Positions 39,600-50,929 of a stretch of DNA of 64,000 bases are shown piece by piece; position 1 is the first letter of the stretch; each line of letters begins with the position of its first letter. This DNA is from the human T2T-CHM13v2.0 reference genome, Homo sapiens. The notes below the pieces were generated by a model. It did no database searches. It was not told the origin of the DNA and saw only the letters and a program-made list of their open reading frames with translations. The translations under genes and the position numbers were made by a program. The DNA is taken from the NCBI RefSeq assembly GCF_009914755.1, contig NC_060948.1; one strand, written 5' to 3'.

Positions 39600-40970
39600 A
39601 GAAAGCAATATATTAGAATACTCAGTAGGAGTATAGGAGCACTTCTTCAAATTCTTTGCTTTACTTTTATTTCTGAGGATTTTGTCCTAAGTTTATTTTT
39701 CCTTTTTGTACTCAAGAGCAAACAACACTGAGCCAGTGTCAGCCAGTTCAAATCAAAAGGATGACTTCCAGCCTTATAAGACTCAGGTGACAGGCCAGAT
39801 AGAGAGAACTTTGACAATCCCCCAACATCCTCAGTTGATGAAAACTTTGGCTCTGTTCCAACTCACTTTCCTTCACAAAGCAGCTTATGCATGCAGAGAC
39901 TTACAATCGGTCTTGAGACAATTGAAAGTTTCTGGCCAAGGCTACAGCTCAGTGTTATCTAAAGCCTTCTGAACTAAGGCCAGTCAATGACAGTCCATCA
40001 GGGTGATGGCACCAGGAATTCCAGAATTTTCTATTTTATTTTCTTGCCTTTCCGTTTATGGCAATCATGTCTCTTATTTTCTTCTTTTTATGCAATGTTG
40101 CAACCAGGAAATATATTCTTATTGGGTGAATTCAGTTGGTGATTTAGTAATCAGGAATATTATTCAAATATTGCTGTTTTGGTGGTGTCTTGGAAACAAA
40201 CGAAATTCGAGTTTTTAGTCTAACTTTTAACTTGGTAAAAACCTTTTTGGGAACCAGCGATAGACATTTAGAACACTGTAAAAGAAGTTTTCTTACCCCG
40301 AGGGAATACTTTCTTCTGCATTTTTTCTTCTCCTTTTTCACTGTCCTATTAATCTAAGAGGCATAGTGTAGGGAACGTTTATCAAGCCCTAACCCTTCTT
40401 TTCTAACTTTTGACAGAAAAGTGTTTGTAATCAGAGTTTTCATCTAATATTTCAGATCCTACATTGCCACTTGTTAAGATAGGATTTTTCTCTATATAGA
40501 ATCTTGTCAGCCCTTTGCCTAAAATGTCTGGTTTCCAACTTTCTCCCCCTGCAATGTCTCAATGACAATTATAAGACTCTATGTCCCATCTCTAAGCAGA
40601 AAATCTCCACTTTCAACAGTCAAAAAGAAGCTGCCCTTGACAAATTACAACCTCATTGCTGATGTTTTTATAAAAGAAGGAAAGGAATGGAATCTTTTTT
40701 TTTTTTATTTTTTGAGGCAACCGTTCTGCATCCAGCTACATTAATATCTAAATAAGAAGAGAATGTTAAGTTTCAAAGTCAATCCGTCTTATTTATGAGG
40801 ATGTCAATGTTTTGCTAGGACCATAGTATGGGAAAACAGGGATAATATAAAGACTCAAACTCTATTAAAGACTGTTGCTTCACTGTAACTACCGCATAAT
40901 CTTTCTTAGGCTTCCCCCACGTACCTGGAACTTTTTGGGTTGAATGGACTTAGGAGACAAAGACGGAATT
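39600..40970 (+). mobile_element. ERV1 leader/internal fragment
   Basis: Similar to 19900-21260 and to the reverse complement of 30500-31900. Confidence 0.65.
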
Positions 40971-40973
40971 TTA

Positions 40974-41700
40974 CATATATATATATATATATATATACAT
41001 ATACACACACATACATGTAATTAGGAATTACACATATACACTCATATACACACATATACATACACACACATATATGTCTATATATGTATGTGTATGTAAT
41101 ATACACACATATGTGTGTATGTGTATATATACACACATATATAGACAGAGCATACATATATACTTATATATACACACACTTATATATGTGTGTGAATGTT
41201 TGTATATATATGCACATGTGTAATATATACGCATACATATGTGTGTGTATGTGTATATGTATATACATGCGTATACACGTACCATCTATATACACATACC
41301 AGAGTGTATAGATATACATACATAAAGTCTGGGTATTACATATATGTTATTACATACAGATATACACACACATACGTATGTGTGTGTATGTGTATATGTG
41401 TATATACACACAACTATATATATATACACACATATACATATATGTGTATGTATACACACAAACTTATATGTATATATATACACACATATACATATGAATG
41501 TGTGTACATATATATGAATGTAATACAAACACATATAATACCCAGTTTATGTATGTATACCTATACACGCTGGTATGTGTACATAGATGTATGTATATAT
41601 ACACATATCATATATGTTTATGTGTATATAGATGTATGTATATATACACATATCATATATGTGTATGTGTATATAGATGTGTATGTACATACACACACAG
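40974..41700. repeat. Complex (TA/CA/TG)n low-complexity tract, ~730 bp
   Basis: Alternating purine-pyrimidine run with short internal duplications. Confidence 0.95.
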
Positions 41701-41759
41701 ACAATTTAAAATATTAAGTAGCATGAACACAAGTGTAAAGTTTCAGCAAAATTTTAGTA

Positions 41760-44700
41760 TATAAAAACAGACCATTTTGCCTGCAAATTTCTACGTGATC
41801 TGAGAGCTATTAATGCACAGATTAAACCAATAGGTGCATTACAGCAAGGTCTGCCATTACTGGCAGCCATTCCAAGTGACTCACCTCTCATAGTAGTAGA
41901 TCCTAAAGATTATTTCCTTACTACACCCTTACATGAGAAGGATAAGCGAAGTTTTGCCCCAAAGCATGCTCATCGGTCCTACGCTATTTCAGCGTTTTGT
42001 AGGACAGTCCTTAAAGGAGCCTCATAATATATTTCCTACTGCCTACATCATTCATTATATGGATGAAATCCTTTTTGCTGCTCCAATGGAAGAGTGATTA
42101 CACCAAATATTGAGAGAAGCAAAACAGGGGGACATCTCAAAATAGTTCAACAAATGGTAGAAACAACCTCCCCATACCAATACTTAGGCACTATTGTTAC
42201 TGAAACAAATGTTAGACCTCAGAAAGTAGTCCTCTGTAGGGACAGATCACAAACCTTCAGTGATTTCCAACAACTATTAGGAGACATAAATTGGCTGTGC
42301 CCAATCCTAGGCATTGCTACTCATCAATTCAAACACTCAGATCATCCATGGAGATTCTTCACTAGGAGTAATGGGCTTAGGAGACAAACGCGTTGCTCCA
42401 GCAACTTACTAAGGAGGCTGAAGTTGAGTTACACCTTGTAGTGCAGATTCTTCAGTAAACACATGCCTCCCAGCCACAGCCACAAAAGCCTTTGGTTCTC
42501 TTTGTTCTTTCTATCCCCCATTCTCCAAAAGGACTTTTACGACAGATCATAGAAAAATATGCAATTGTGATAGAATGGCTTTCTTTTGAAATTCAATCAG
42601 ATAGTAAAATCTCTGCAAGTTTATCTTTCTTTAACTACTCAATTTATAACAAGGGGTAGGGTTAGATCAAAAATGCTTAAGAGATATGATCCAGACAAAA
42701 TTACTGTTCTCCTTTTAGAGCCAGTCTAAAAGTATGAGGAAAAATATTGGATTCCCAACAATAGTTGCATCATGGGAATTGTTGACTGTGTGTCAAATTG
42801 CTCTTTCAGATTATGTAGGAATAATACATAAACTTTATCCATCAGACAAAATTTTGAAATTTTAAAAATTCAACCTTTCATCTTCCCTGTGATTCCTCAT
42901 CACAAGCCCATTTCAGGCAGCCAGACCTATTTTACTGATGGCTCTTCCAAAGGTCACAAAGCTACTTATAGTACTAACCATGCTCCTACAATAAAAAAAA
43001 CCCAGAGTTTCAGCTCAACGCTCAGAACTAATGGAACTTAATCAGGTTTTAGAGCTCACTGGTTCATCTCTTATTAACACTCTCTATGATTCAGCCTATG
43101 TTGTAAATGTAGCTGGTCATATTGGGACTGCCACTATTAAAAGCACCCTAGCACCAGAGATGTTTAACTTGTTTCTAAGGCTTTAACAAGCTGTTTGCTC
43201 TCATGCTCCTTTTTATATCTCTCATATCTGCTCTCCCACACAACTCCCTACACCACTATTTCTAGGTAATAATAGAGCCAATAAATTGATTTGTTCTGCA
43301 TTTCAGCAAGCTCAACTTTCTCCTATATTACTGCATCAAAACTCTGTCTTTACTCGTATGTTTCATTTGCCTAACAGCCAGGCTGCAGCCTGTACAAGCC
43401 CGTCCTACTTGCCAGCATGTCACTGGAGTCACACCCATAGAAGGCTGTAACCCATGAGACTTAGCTTCAAATGAAATCTGACAGATGGATGTTACTCACA
43501 AAGCTGTCATTGGCAAGCTCGCCTTTGTTCATGGGACTATAGACACTTATTCTCACATGCGGCATGCTACATGTAAACCAGGTCAAACAGCTGGTTATTT
43601 ACAATGACATTGTCTGTCATCATGTGCTCATATGGGGGTTCCTAGGCAATTAAAAACTGACAATGGACACGCTTATGTTAGTCATGCTTTTTAAAATTTA
43701 TTACAGCTATGTTCAATCACTCATAAAACAGGAATTCCTTACAATCCCCAAGGCAAGGAATTATAGAGCAGGCAAATTGAACAGTACAACGCGTGCTGAA
43801 AAAAACAGAAAGGGGAAACAGGAGACCAGTTACCACCTCAAACAAAATACATTTACTTTTACTTTAATTTTTTTTTTCACTTCGTTTAAATTTTTTGTCT
43901 CCTGGTACAGATAGTAAGACTATGGCAGAATGACACTGGTAAATGTTATAGGGAAAAAGGAAAGTATACCCAAAGATATTATGAAAATCCCCCCAAGGAC
44001 GATGGAATGGCTCAGTAGATTTACTGATGTAAGGACGAAGGTATGCTTGTGTTTTCACAGAAGATGGATAAACTGTGTGGGTGCCCTCAATGTGTTTGCG
44101 ACCATGTAAAGGGAGAGTGGAAAGAGCCATGGTTCCCAACTATGGATCCGGCTCCTCCGTTACAAGCCATGAGTCAGTTGAAACTGCTGGAGCACCAGGG
44201 TCAGGCAAACAACCCTGACCTCACGTTTATGGCCATGCTACCTGTAACATCCTGGCCAGTAGGTTTTCCTTGTGCAGAGACAAAAACATATTGGGCATAT
44301 ATTTCCAATCCCCCAGTATTATGGAGTGTAATATGGAGTGACACTCCCCCTGATATCTATCATGATCATGGAGGATGGGCACCAGGACCCCAAACACCCC
44401 CTGACAAACAGTAATTAGACTCTCAGAACAATGATTATCAATTATGCTGTGCCATTGGAGGGACTTCCTTTATGCATCACCCAGGGTACATCACTCAACT
44501 GCAGTGGCCTTGCAAATTAATCCCAAGTACGGTTAAGTTACCATGGAAAAATTATGTACCTATTAGGCCTTAGCTTTATTAACATTACTGGTGTAGATAA
44601 TAACCACTCACAGCCCCATCCCCAAAATTCTATTAATTATACAGAATGGGCTCCCTTTGATAATTCCTACCCCCCTCATTGGACCCAGTGTCTTGGCACC

Positions 44701-46052
44701 CTAGCTAGAGAACAACAGTTCATGCTAATGGGAGACATTATTTTCTGGGTCCCTGTGGTCACTTAGATGGGAGAGATGAGACTCCGACCTCATGTCATAA
44801 ACTTCGCTGACACTGGTTAGCATCTCTTCACTACATTGCACTGGGATTCAATCCCAATCTGCAGCAAGTTTCGCTTGGCCTGGAACAGGCTTTAGCTCAA
44901 CTTTGCCTCAATGACATTATCAAGGAAAGAAACGTACAATTCAAGAGTCGATAGGGAAGGCAGCACTCCACTATATGAATGGCAGCATTTGTGTTCGAAC
45001 ACTATCTAATTATAGTAATTGTGCTGAATGCAGTTGCAATGTTACCTTTGTAGAAAATATTACCACTCAATTTACATTTTGTGTTTTTAAACTTATGTTT
45101 TTCTAGCAGCAAAATGGACTAACTCCAGTTAAACGATGCCCAATTGACTTGTGATTCTTGTCAACTGTATTATTCCCTTAACCATAGCACAGTACAAACA
45201 TATAGCATATCCACCCTAGTAATTTTAGGTTGCAATCCCAGATTATGGATTCCTGTAAATCTGCCTGAGCCTTGGGTGGCCACTTCTGGTTTCCATTTTG
45301 TAAATCTTTTTCTTACTCAGCTTACTCATTGTGCTTGTAGAGCCTTAGGCATGAAAATAATTGTGAAAGTCTCCTTAGGAACACTAATAATTTCTGTTGT
45401 GGCATCCTTAGTAGCAATGTAGAGCTCCATTCAGACAGCTCAATATGTAGAAAATTGGATGTGTACAGCCGACCGGGCATGGATGCTTAAAAATAAACTT
45501 AACACTGAGATACACACAGAAGCAACAATGTTAAAGACTACAGTTCTGAGGATAGGAAAAGAAGAACAAACTTGTAGTTGCAGCAGCAATTGCATTGTCA
45601 TTTTAAGCATACTCATATTTGTGTAACTAATTTGGAATAAAACCAAAGTGAATATCCATAGAAACCTGTAAAGGTCCATTTACATGGGGCTTTCACATAC
45701 AATGTTACTTTTGATATTAATGATTAACAAAGTAAAATTCTTTTTTTTTCTTTTTTTTATTATACATTAAGTTTTAGGGTACATGTGCAATTCTTAACTT
45801 GAATAAGCATACTCAAGTATTTCAGCCATCTCTGAAAACTTGCACAGAATTCCAGCAAGGTGTAGAGAGCCTTAACCCTTGGACCTCCTCCAAACATCAC
45901 CTCAATATCTTTTTTGTGATTATTGGAGTAATGTTATTATGTCTCTGTTTTATGCTCATTGTCAGTAAAAGCAGCTGGACCACCAAACAGCAATTGAGAG
46001 CTGCACAGCCTGCAATCACCTGTACTCAGTTAATGCAGAAACAAAATGGAGA
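41760..46052 (+). mobile_element. 5'-truncated betaretrovirus-like HERV-K provirus (HML-6/HERVK3-like): RT, RNase H, integrase and env, all disrupted
   Basis: RT motifs DLRAINAQIKPIGALQQGLP, IIHYMDEILFAA, PYQYLG and FQQLLGDINWL. RNase H FTDGSS. Integrase QMDVTH and KTDNG. env TYWAYISNPP. Polypurine tract precedes the LTR. Confidence 0.88.
45743..45788 (-). mobile_element. Extremely 5'-truncated L1PA insertion (~46 bp)
   Basis: Poly-T then ttatacattaagttttagggtacatgtgc (L1 3' end), flanked by TSD aattctt at 45736-45742 and 45789-45795. Confidence 0.85.
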
Positions 46053-46487
46053 TGTTGGAGGCCAAAAGAATAAAGGTTGTGACCAACTCAGTAAAGACTG
46101 GAGGGTCTATGAGCAGAGAGCAAACTGTTCTCACGAAAGCAGCATTTTGATAACCTGACACACCACGTCTGGTGCCAGAAGGAATACTGAGGGCAGTCAT
46201 GCCCCAAGCGCAGTATTTCTTGTGGTTATATATAGGAACATCTGAAGTCTGTAGTACAAAGAAAGCAATTATGTGAGCCTGTGATAAATCAAGCAGCTGA
46301 CCAACAATTGCCTTTCCTCCCTGTTGATTCTGCCTAATAAATATGAAGGCCTGTAGAAGCTCAGGGCCTTTGCTGACTAGAAGAAATGAGCCCCCTGACC
46401 CCTCTTTTAAAACAAATATTTTTTGTCTTTGTCTTCATTTCTGTATTCAACCCCCTTTGTTTCATCCCATAGTAACTGACTGCCACA
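46053..46487 (+). mobile_element. LTR3-like 3' LTR of the HERV-K provirus
   Basis: TG...CA termini, ~435 bp, begins tgttggaggccaaaagaataaaggttgtgaccaactcag, internal AATAAA. Confidence 0.8.
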
Positions 46488-46706
46488 CTCTCTCTATTAA
46501 AAATACAAAAAAATAAATAAATAAAGTTATGCTTGTTGGCAGGCACATGCAATCCAAGCTACTCAGGAAACTGAGGCAGAAGAATCCCTTCAACCTAGTA
46601 GACAAAGGTTGCAGTGGGCTGAAATCACGGCTTTGCACCCAGACTGGGTGACAGTGTGTGACTCCATCTCAAAAAAGGCAAAAAAACAAAAAGAAGAAAA
46701 AAAAAT
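46488..46706 (+). mobile_element. Alu 3' portion (linker and right monomer) abutting the LTR
   Basis: ctctctattaaaaatacaaaa linker followed by right arm and A tail. Confidence 0.85.
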
Positions 46707-47239
46707 ATGTTCAGGTTAAGATAATCAAAAAAACAAGGTGCAGGCTGAGAAAAATTTAGGTAACACATCTGAGAAGTGACTTTCAGTTAAAATGTACAAA
46801 GAAATAAGATGACCAAATTAATGATAGAGACCTCAGTAGATACTGCACCAAAAAAGATACGAAGATGGAAAATCTGGCACACAAAATACTGCTTGCTGAG
46901 CCCCTGTTATTTCTTCTGAAGGCTGAGGCTCCAAGCCATTTCCTGAGGAGCAACAGTGGCTGCCACAGTGACAGTGGCTCCAAAGATCATCCCCACCTAC
47001 CCCAGCTCTACCCTTCCTCCAGGTTCCAAGGATTCCCCAGACATTGAGCGTGCTCACCGGGAAAGAGCCAGAAGCTGGATATTTTATTTCTCAACTTTTC
47101 TTAAAATTCTGGATACCAACAAGTATCCTTTGTTTGGAAATTTTACTTTTATCCTAACAATCTTGAGGCACTGACAAGTATTAGGAAAGATGGCTTTCAA
47201 CCTACGGTTGTCTTCATAAAGAAATAAAAGAATTGGCAT

Positions 47240-47548
47240 GGCCAGACATGGTGGTTCATACCTGTAATCCCAGCACTTTGAGAGGTAGAGCCAGGTGGAT
47301 GTCCTTAAGTCAGGTGTTAGAGATCACCCTGATCAACATGATGAACAAGCTCTCTACCAAAAATACAAAAGTTAGCCGGCAGTGGTGGCTGAGTCCTGTA
47401 ATCCCAGATCCTCAGGAAGCTAAGAGAGGAGAATTGCATGAATCCGGGAAGCTGAGGTTACCAGAGGCGAGATCACGTCATTGCACTCCAGCTATGGGAA
47501 CAGAGGAAGACTCCATCTTGAAAAAAAAAAAAAGGAAAAGAAAAAAAA
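47240..47548 (+). mobile_element. Alu (AluS/J-like)
   Basis: Dimeric Alu with poly(A). Confidence 0.92.
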
Positions 47549-47908
47549 TGATTCCATTACCCTTTTAGGCAGTTATTTTAGAATGCTTGGTACAATGCAC
47601 TACTATTTTGGTATTCTCAAGACAGAAAACACAGTAACAGTAGTAAGTAAAAACCAAATAGCAAGTCATTAAAAATTCATGGGATTAATTTCCTCTGTCA
47701 TTCTTTCTGGCTTTTATTATTTAAAATGTGTAATGTTGAAGTAATCAGACGTTTTACCTGTGATATCCAAACGCAAAAAGAAACAACAGTTAGTAAAACA
47801 CTATTAAATGAATCTCAGTCTTCAACTTTGATTCTGATGCAGTGGAATGTTTTGTGAAAGATAAAAAACTAACAGACAAAACACAAGTGATTTCAAATTT
47901 TGACCTAC

Positions 47909-48160
47909 TTTTGTAGGGGCAGATTTAAGAACCAAAACCTTCATAGTTCTAATTTTTTTTATTTTTGTCAATGATTCAGCATTGCAAGATATGTAGTGAA
48001 ACTGAGATCAGAGCTTTTTGTCAATTCCAACAGAGACTAGTTTGTACTCTAGACGTTCCTCTTGCTCCCTTGAAATCCGTAAAGAAATCACTTGAGTGAA
48101 TGGGACTTTTACACAATGAAAAATCACGACAATACACCACATTCTCTTATTAGCTACAGT
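47909..48160 (-). pseudogene. Degraded exon resembling PTPN13 PDZ5
   Basis: Reads TVANKR..DFSLCKS..FTQVISL..VSVGIDKKL*SQFHYISCNAESLT..MKVLVLKSAPTK|gtagg. Recalled PDZ5: TCNKEELGFSLCGG..LYQVVYI..SVAAIEGNLQLLDVIHYVNG..SLVLKAT. Confidence 0.5.
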
Positions 48161-48319
48161 TCACTCTTTTCTTGTAGTCACCATAAGATAAGAAAAAATA
48201 GCAAGATAAACGACTACGTGGACTAGAATAATTTTATTAGTTTTTACCAGGTAAAGCATAGAGTACTTTTTTTAAAAATTGGTTTTCTGTGGCACAACGC
48301 ATGTATGCTTTTTGGCAGC

Positions 48320-50650
48320 AATCATAGATTAATGAACAAATGATAACAAAACAATGCTCAACAACACCTTCCATTCAGGGAAGGCAAATTAAAATAAAAG
48401 TGAGAGCACTAAACAGCTATACTATATCTAAATTTCTTTTTAAATGTAATCAAAACTGCAACAGGAAATCTCATTCATTGCCGATGGAATGCATAATGGT
48501 ACAGCAACTTTAAAATATGGTTGTCTTCTTCTGCCACAGTTTGGCAGGTTTTTCCAAAGGCAATCATGGTCTCATCATATAGGCTAACAATTGCACACTT
48601 AGGTATTTAGACAACTGATTTGGAAAGTCACATCTAACCCAAAATCACGTGCATTTATGTATAACTGCTCTCTTGACAATGGCAAAATACTTGAAGGAAT
48701 CAGGATGCCTTTCAATATTAACCAAGCCAGGCAAATTCATAAAATGAAATCCTATTCATCAAAAGAAAAAGAGTGATTTATGAAGTCACACAAAGCCATG
48801 GATGAATCAGGCACACATGAAGCTAAGTGATAAAAGCCAGTCTGAGGAGATGACATATTGTATGATTTTGTTTCTATTACATTACAGAGAAGAAATGTTT
48901 ACAGAGATGGTAAGCAGACAAGGTAATTTACAGTTGTTTTTAGTGGGCAGGTAGTGAGTTGAAAAGGAGAATGTAGTAATGGAAAGGAGCACAAATGAGC
49001 CAGATGAGAAGGGACTCACTCTGTTTGATGAGATCATGCTGGGGATGTGGAAGAGTCAGGAGTGTGTATACCAGCATGAATAAATAAATAGGCTTCTACT
49101 CATGATAGGAGAAGAGCATCTTCTTTCATGACACATGCAACTATTTTAGGATGATATCTGAGGAAGCTTTAGTGATAATTGGAAAAACATATGTAAACAA
49201 ATGTACCATTTCAAATATTTTTGAGTGTATAATTTGGAAGCATTAACTATTTAACTATGCTCAAATTGTGCAACCATTGCCACCATTTCACCATCTCACC
49301 AGCAATGTACAAGGTTTCCAATTTCTCCACATACTCTCAAAGTTTTCCTTAAAAAATAAAATAAAAAATTCCAATGGAGATAAAGTGGTAATCTTATTCT
49401 CATTTAGATATTCATGTATTAAGTGGCTAGTGATTTTGAACATCTTTTCATGTGCTTATTGGCTGTGGATCTGTAAATGATTTCTTGGCTATATCACTGA
49501 ATGAACACAAAACATAAGAAAATATAGATCAACTGAACTTCATCAAAGCTAAACACTTTTGTGCATTAAAGGACACTGTCAGCATAGTGGAAAGAGAACC
49601 AACAGCATAGGACAAAATATTTGCAGGTCATATATATGGTATGTGTTCAAATCAACCACTTGGATCTCTCCCAAGGGCACTCTCCATTTTCTTACTCTAA
49701 AACTTTTTAAATAAACATCCATGTCTGCTGGGAAACTTTTCTCAGTCTCCTTTGCTACTTTATTCCCCTCAGTCAAATTCTTTCTTCTGAGGAAGTAAGA
49801 GTTTAAGTTACTGCAGACCATGATAGATTTGACACCAGTAACTCAGATAACTTCCACTGGTAACAGGTCGAGGAGCTGCTGGACAGGGTGGCGGGAGTTC
49901 ATGTCTAGTATGTGGCTGGCCAGGCCCCGGGAAGTTCTGGGCTGTGGATGGACCAGAACCCCATGCTACAAGCACTCTGTGGAAAGAGAGCTCACATTGC
50001 TGAGAGAATGCTGAGGAAGAAATTTTCTCTTTTTAGTGAGGCCAATTTCCTTCTCATAATATAAAATTAACTGTTTGTTAATGAATTCCTTAGTGATCTT
50101 TAGTACATGCATATTTGTGGGCAACAACCGCATCTTAGTTCCAAATTATTTTCATCATTCCAAAAGGAAATACCCTACTTATTAAGAAGCTCCTACCCAA
50201 TCTGTCCTCTTTCTGACACCAGCAACAAGTGATCTGCACTTTTTTCTCTATGGATTTACTTATTCTAAATATTTACATAAATAAAATCATACACTATGTG
50301 ACTTTTGTCTTCACCTTCTTGAGCCAAAATTGCTTTGAAGTTTCCTCACATTGTAGCATTAGAGTTGTCATCCTCTTCACAGCTGAATATTATGCCATTC
50401 TATGGGCATACTACATTTTGCTTCTTACATTTTGCTGGTGGACATTTATTTGTTGTGTTTCCAGATTTTAGTTATTGTGAATGCTGCTATGAACATATGT
50501 ATACAAGTTTTTCTTTGAATACCTCTTTTACATTTTTTGTATATACAGCTTGGAGTGGATGTTGTGGGTCCTATGGTAATTTTATATTTAGCTTTTGCAG
50601 AACACCAAACTATTTTCCACAGCAGCTGCAGCATTTTACTTTCACATTTT
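48320..50650. mobile_element. Mosaic of old L1M 3' fragments plus an ERV1 LTR 3' fragment (49655-49865, MER51/MER57-like)
   Basis: L1M-like ORF2 C-terminal and 3'UTR tracts in both orientations. LTR end aattctttcttctgaggaagtaagag...ggtaaca. Confidence 0.6.
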
Positions 50651-50929
50651 CCCACTTCCCTTCCTTTGGGCCTTCCAGAGACTACCTCAAAACACCTGCC
50701 ATTCTCAAACACAAGCTACTGTGGATTTGGTTAGCTCTGGGTTGACATTTAGAAAAGCTGTGGCCTCAGAAGCCAACTTCCTTTGGCTCCTAACCTATGA
50801 GGCTGCACAATGAGCATTAAGATGGCCCGGAGCTTAGACCCAGAAAAGTTCTGGGAGAAAGGCTCAGTCCTCCCTTCTACAAAAAAGAGTGATGACTTAA
50901 TACACTAGCCAGCTGCCCAGTGCCTTCTG

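Noticed and set aside
40906-41764. Tyr/Ile/His/Cys-rich ORFs up to 173 aa
   Set aside because: Artefacts of the TA/CA low-complexity tract.
41760-46052. Intact or domesticated HERV-K pol/env
   Set aside because: Many stops and frameshifts, YMDD changed to YMDE, and an L1 insertion in env.
46780-47075. Non-repetitive, slightly GC-richer segment with several 60-74 aa ORFs
   Set aside because: No recognisable protein or repeat match by eye. It could be another pseudogene relic, but this is unsupported.
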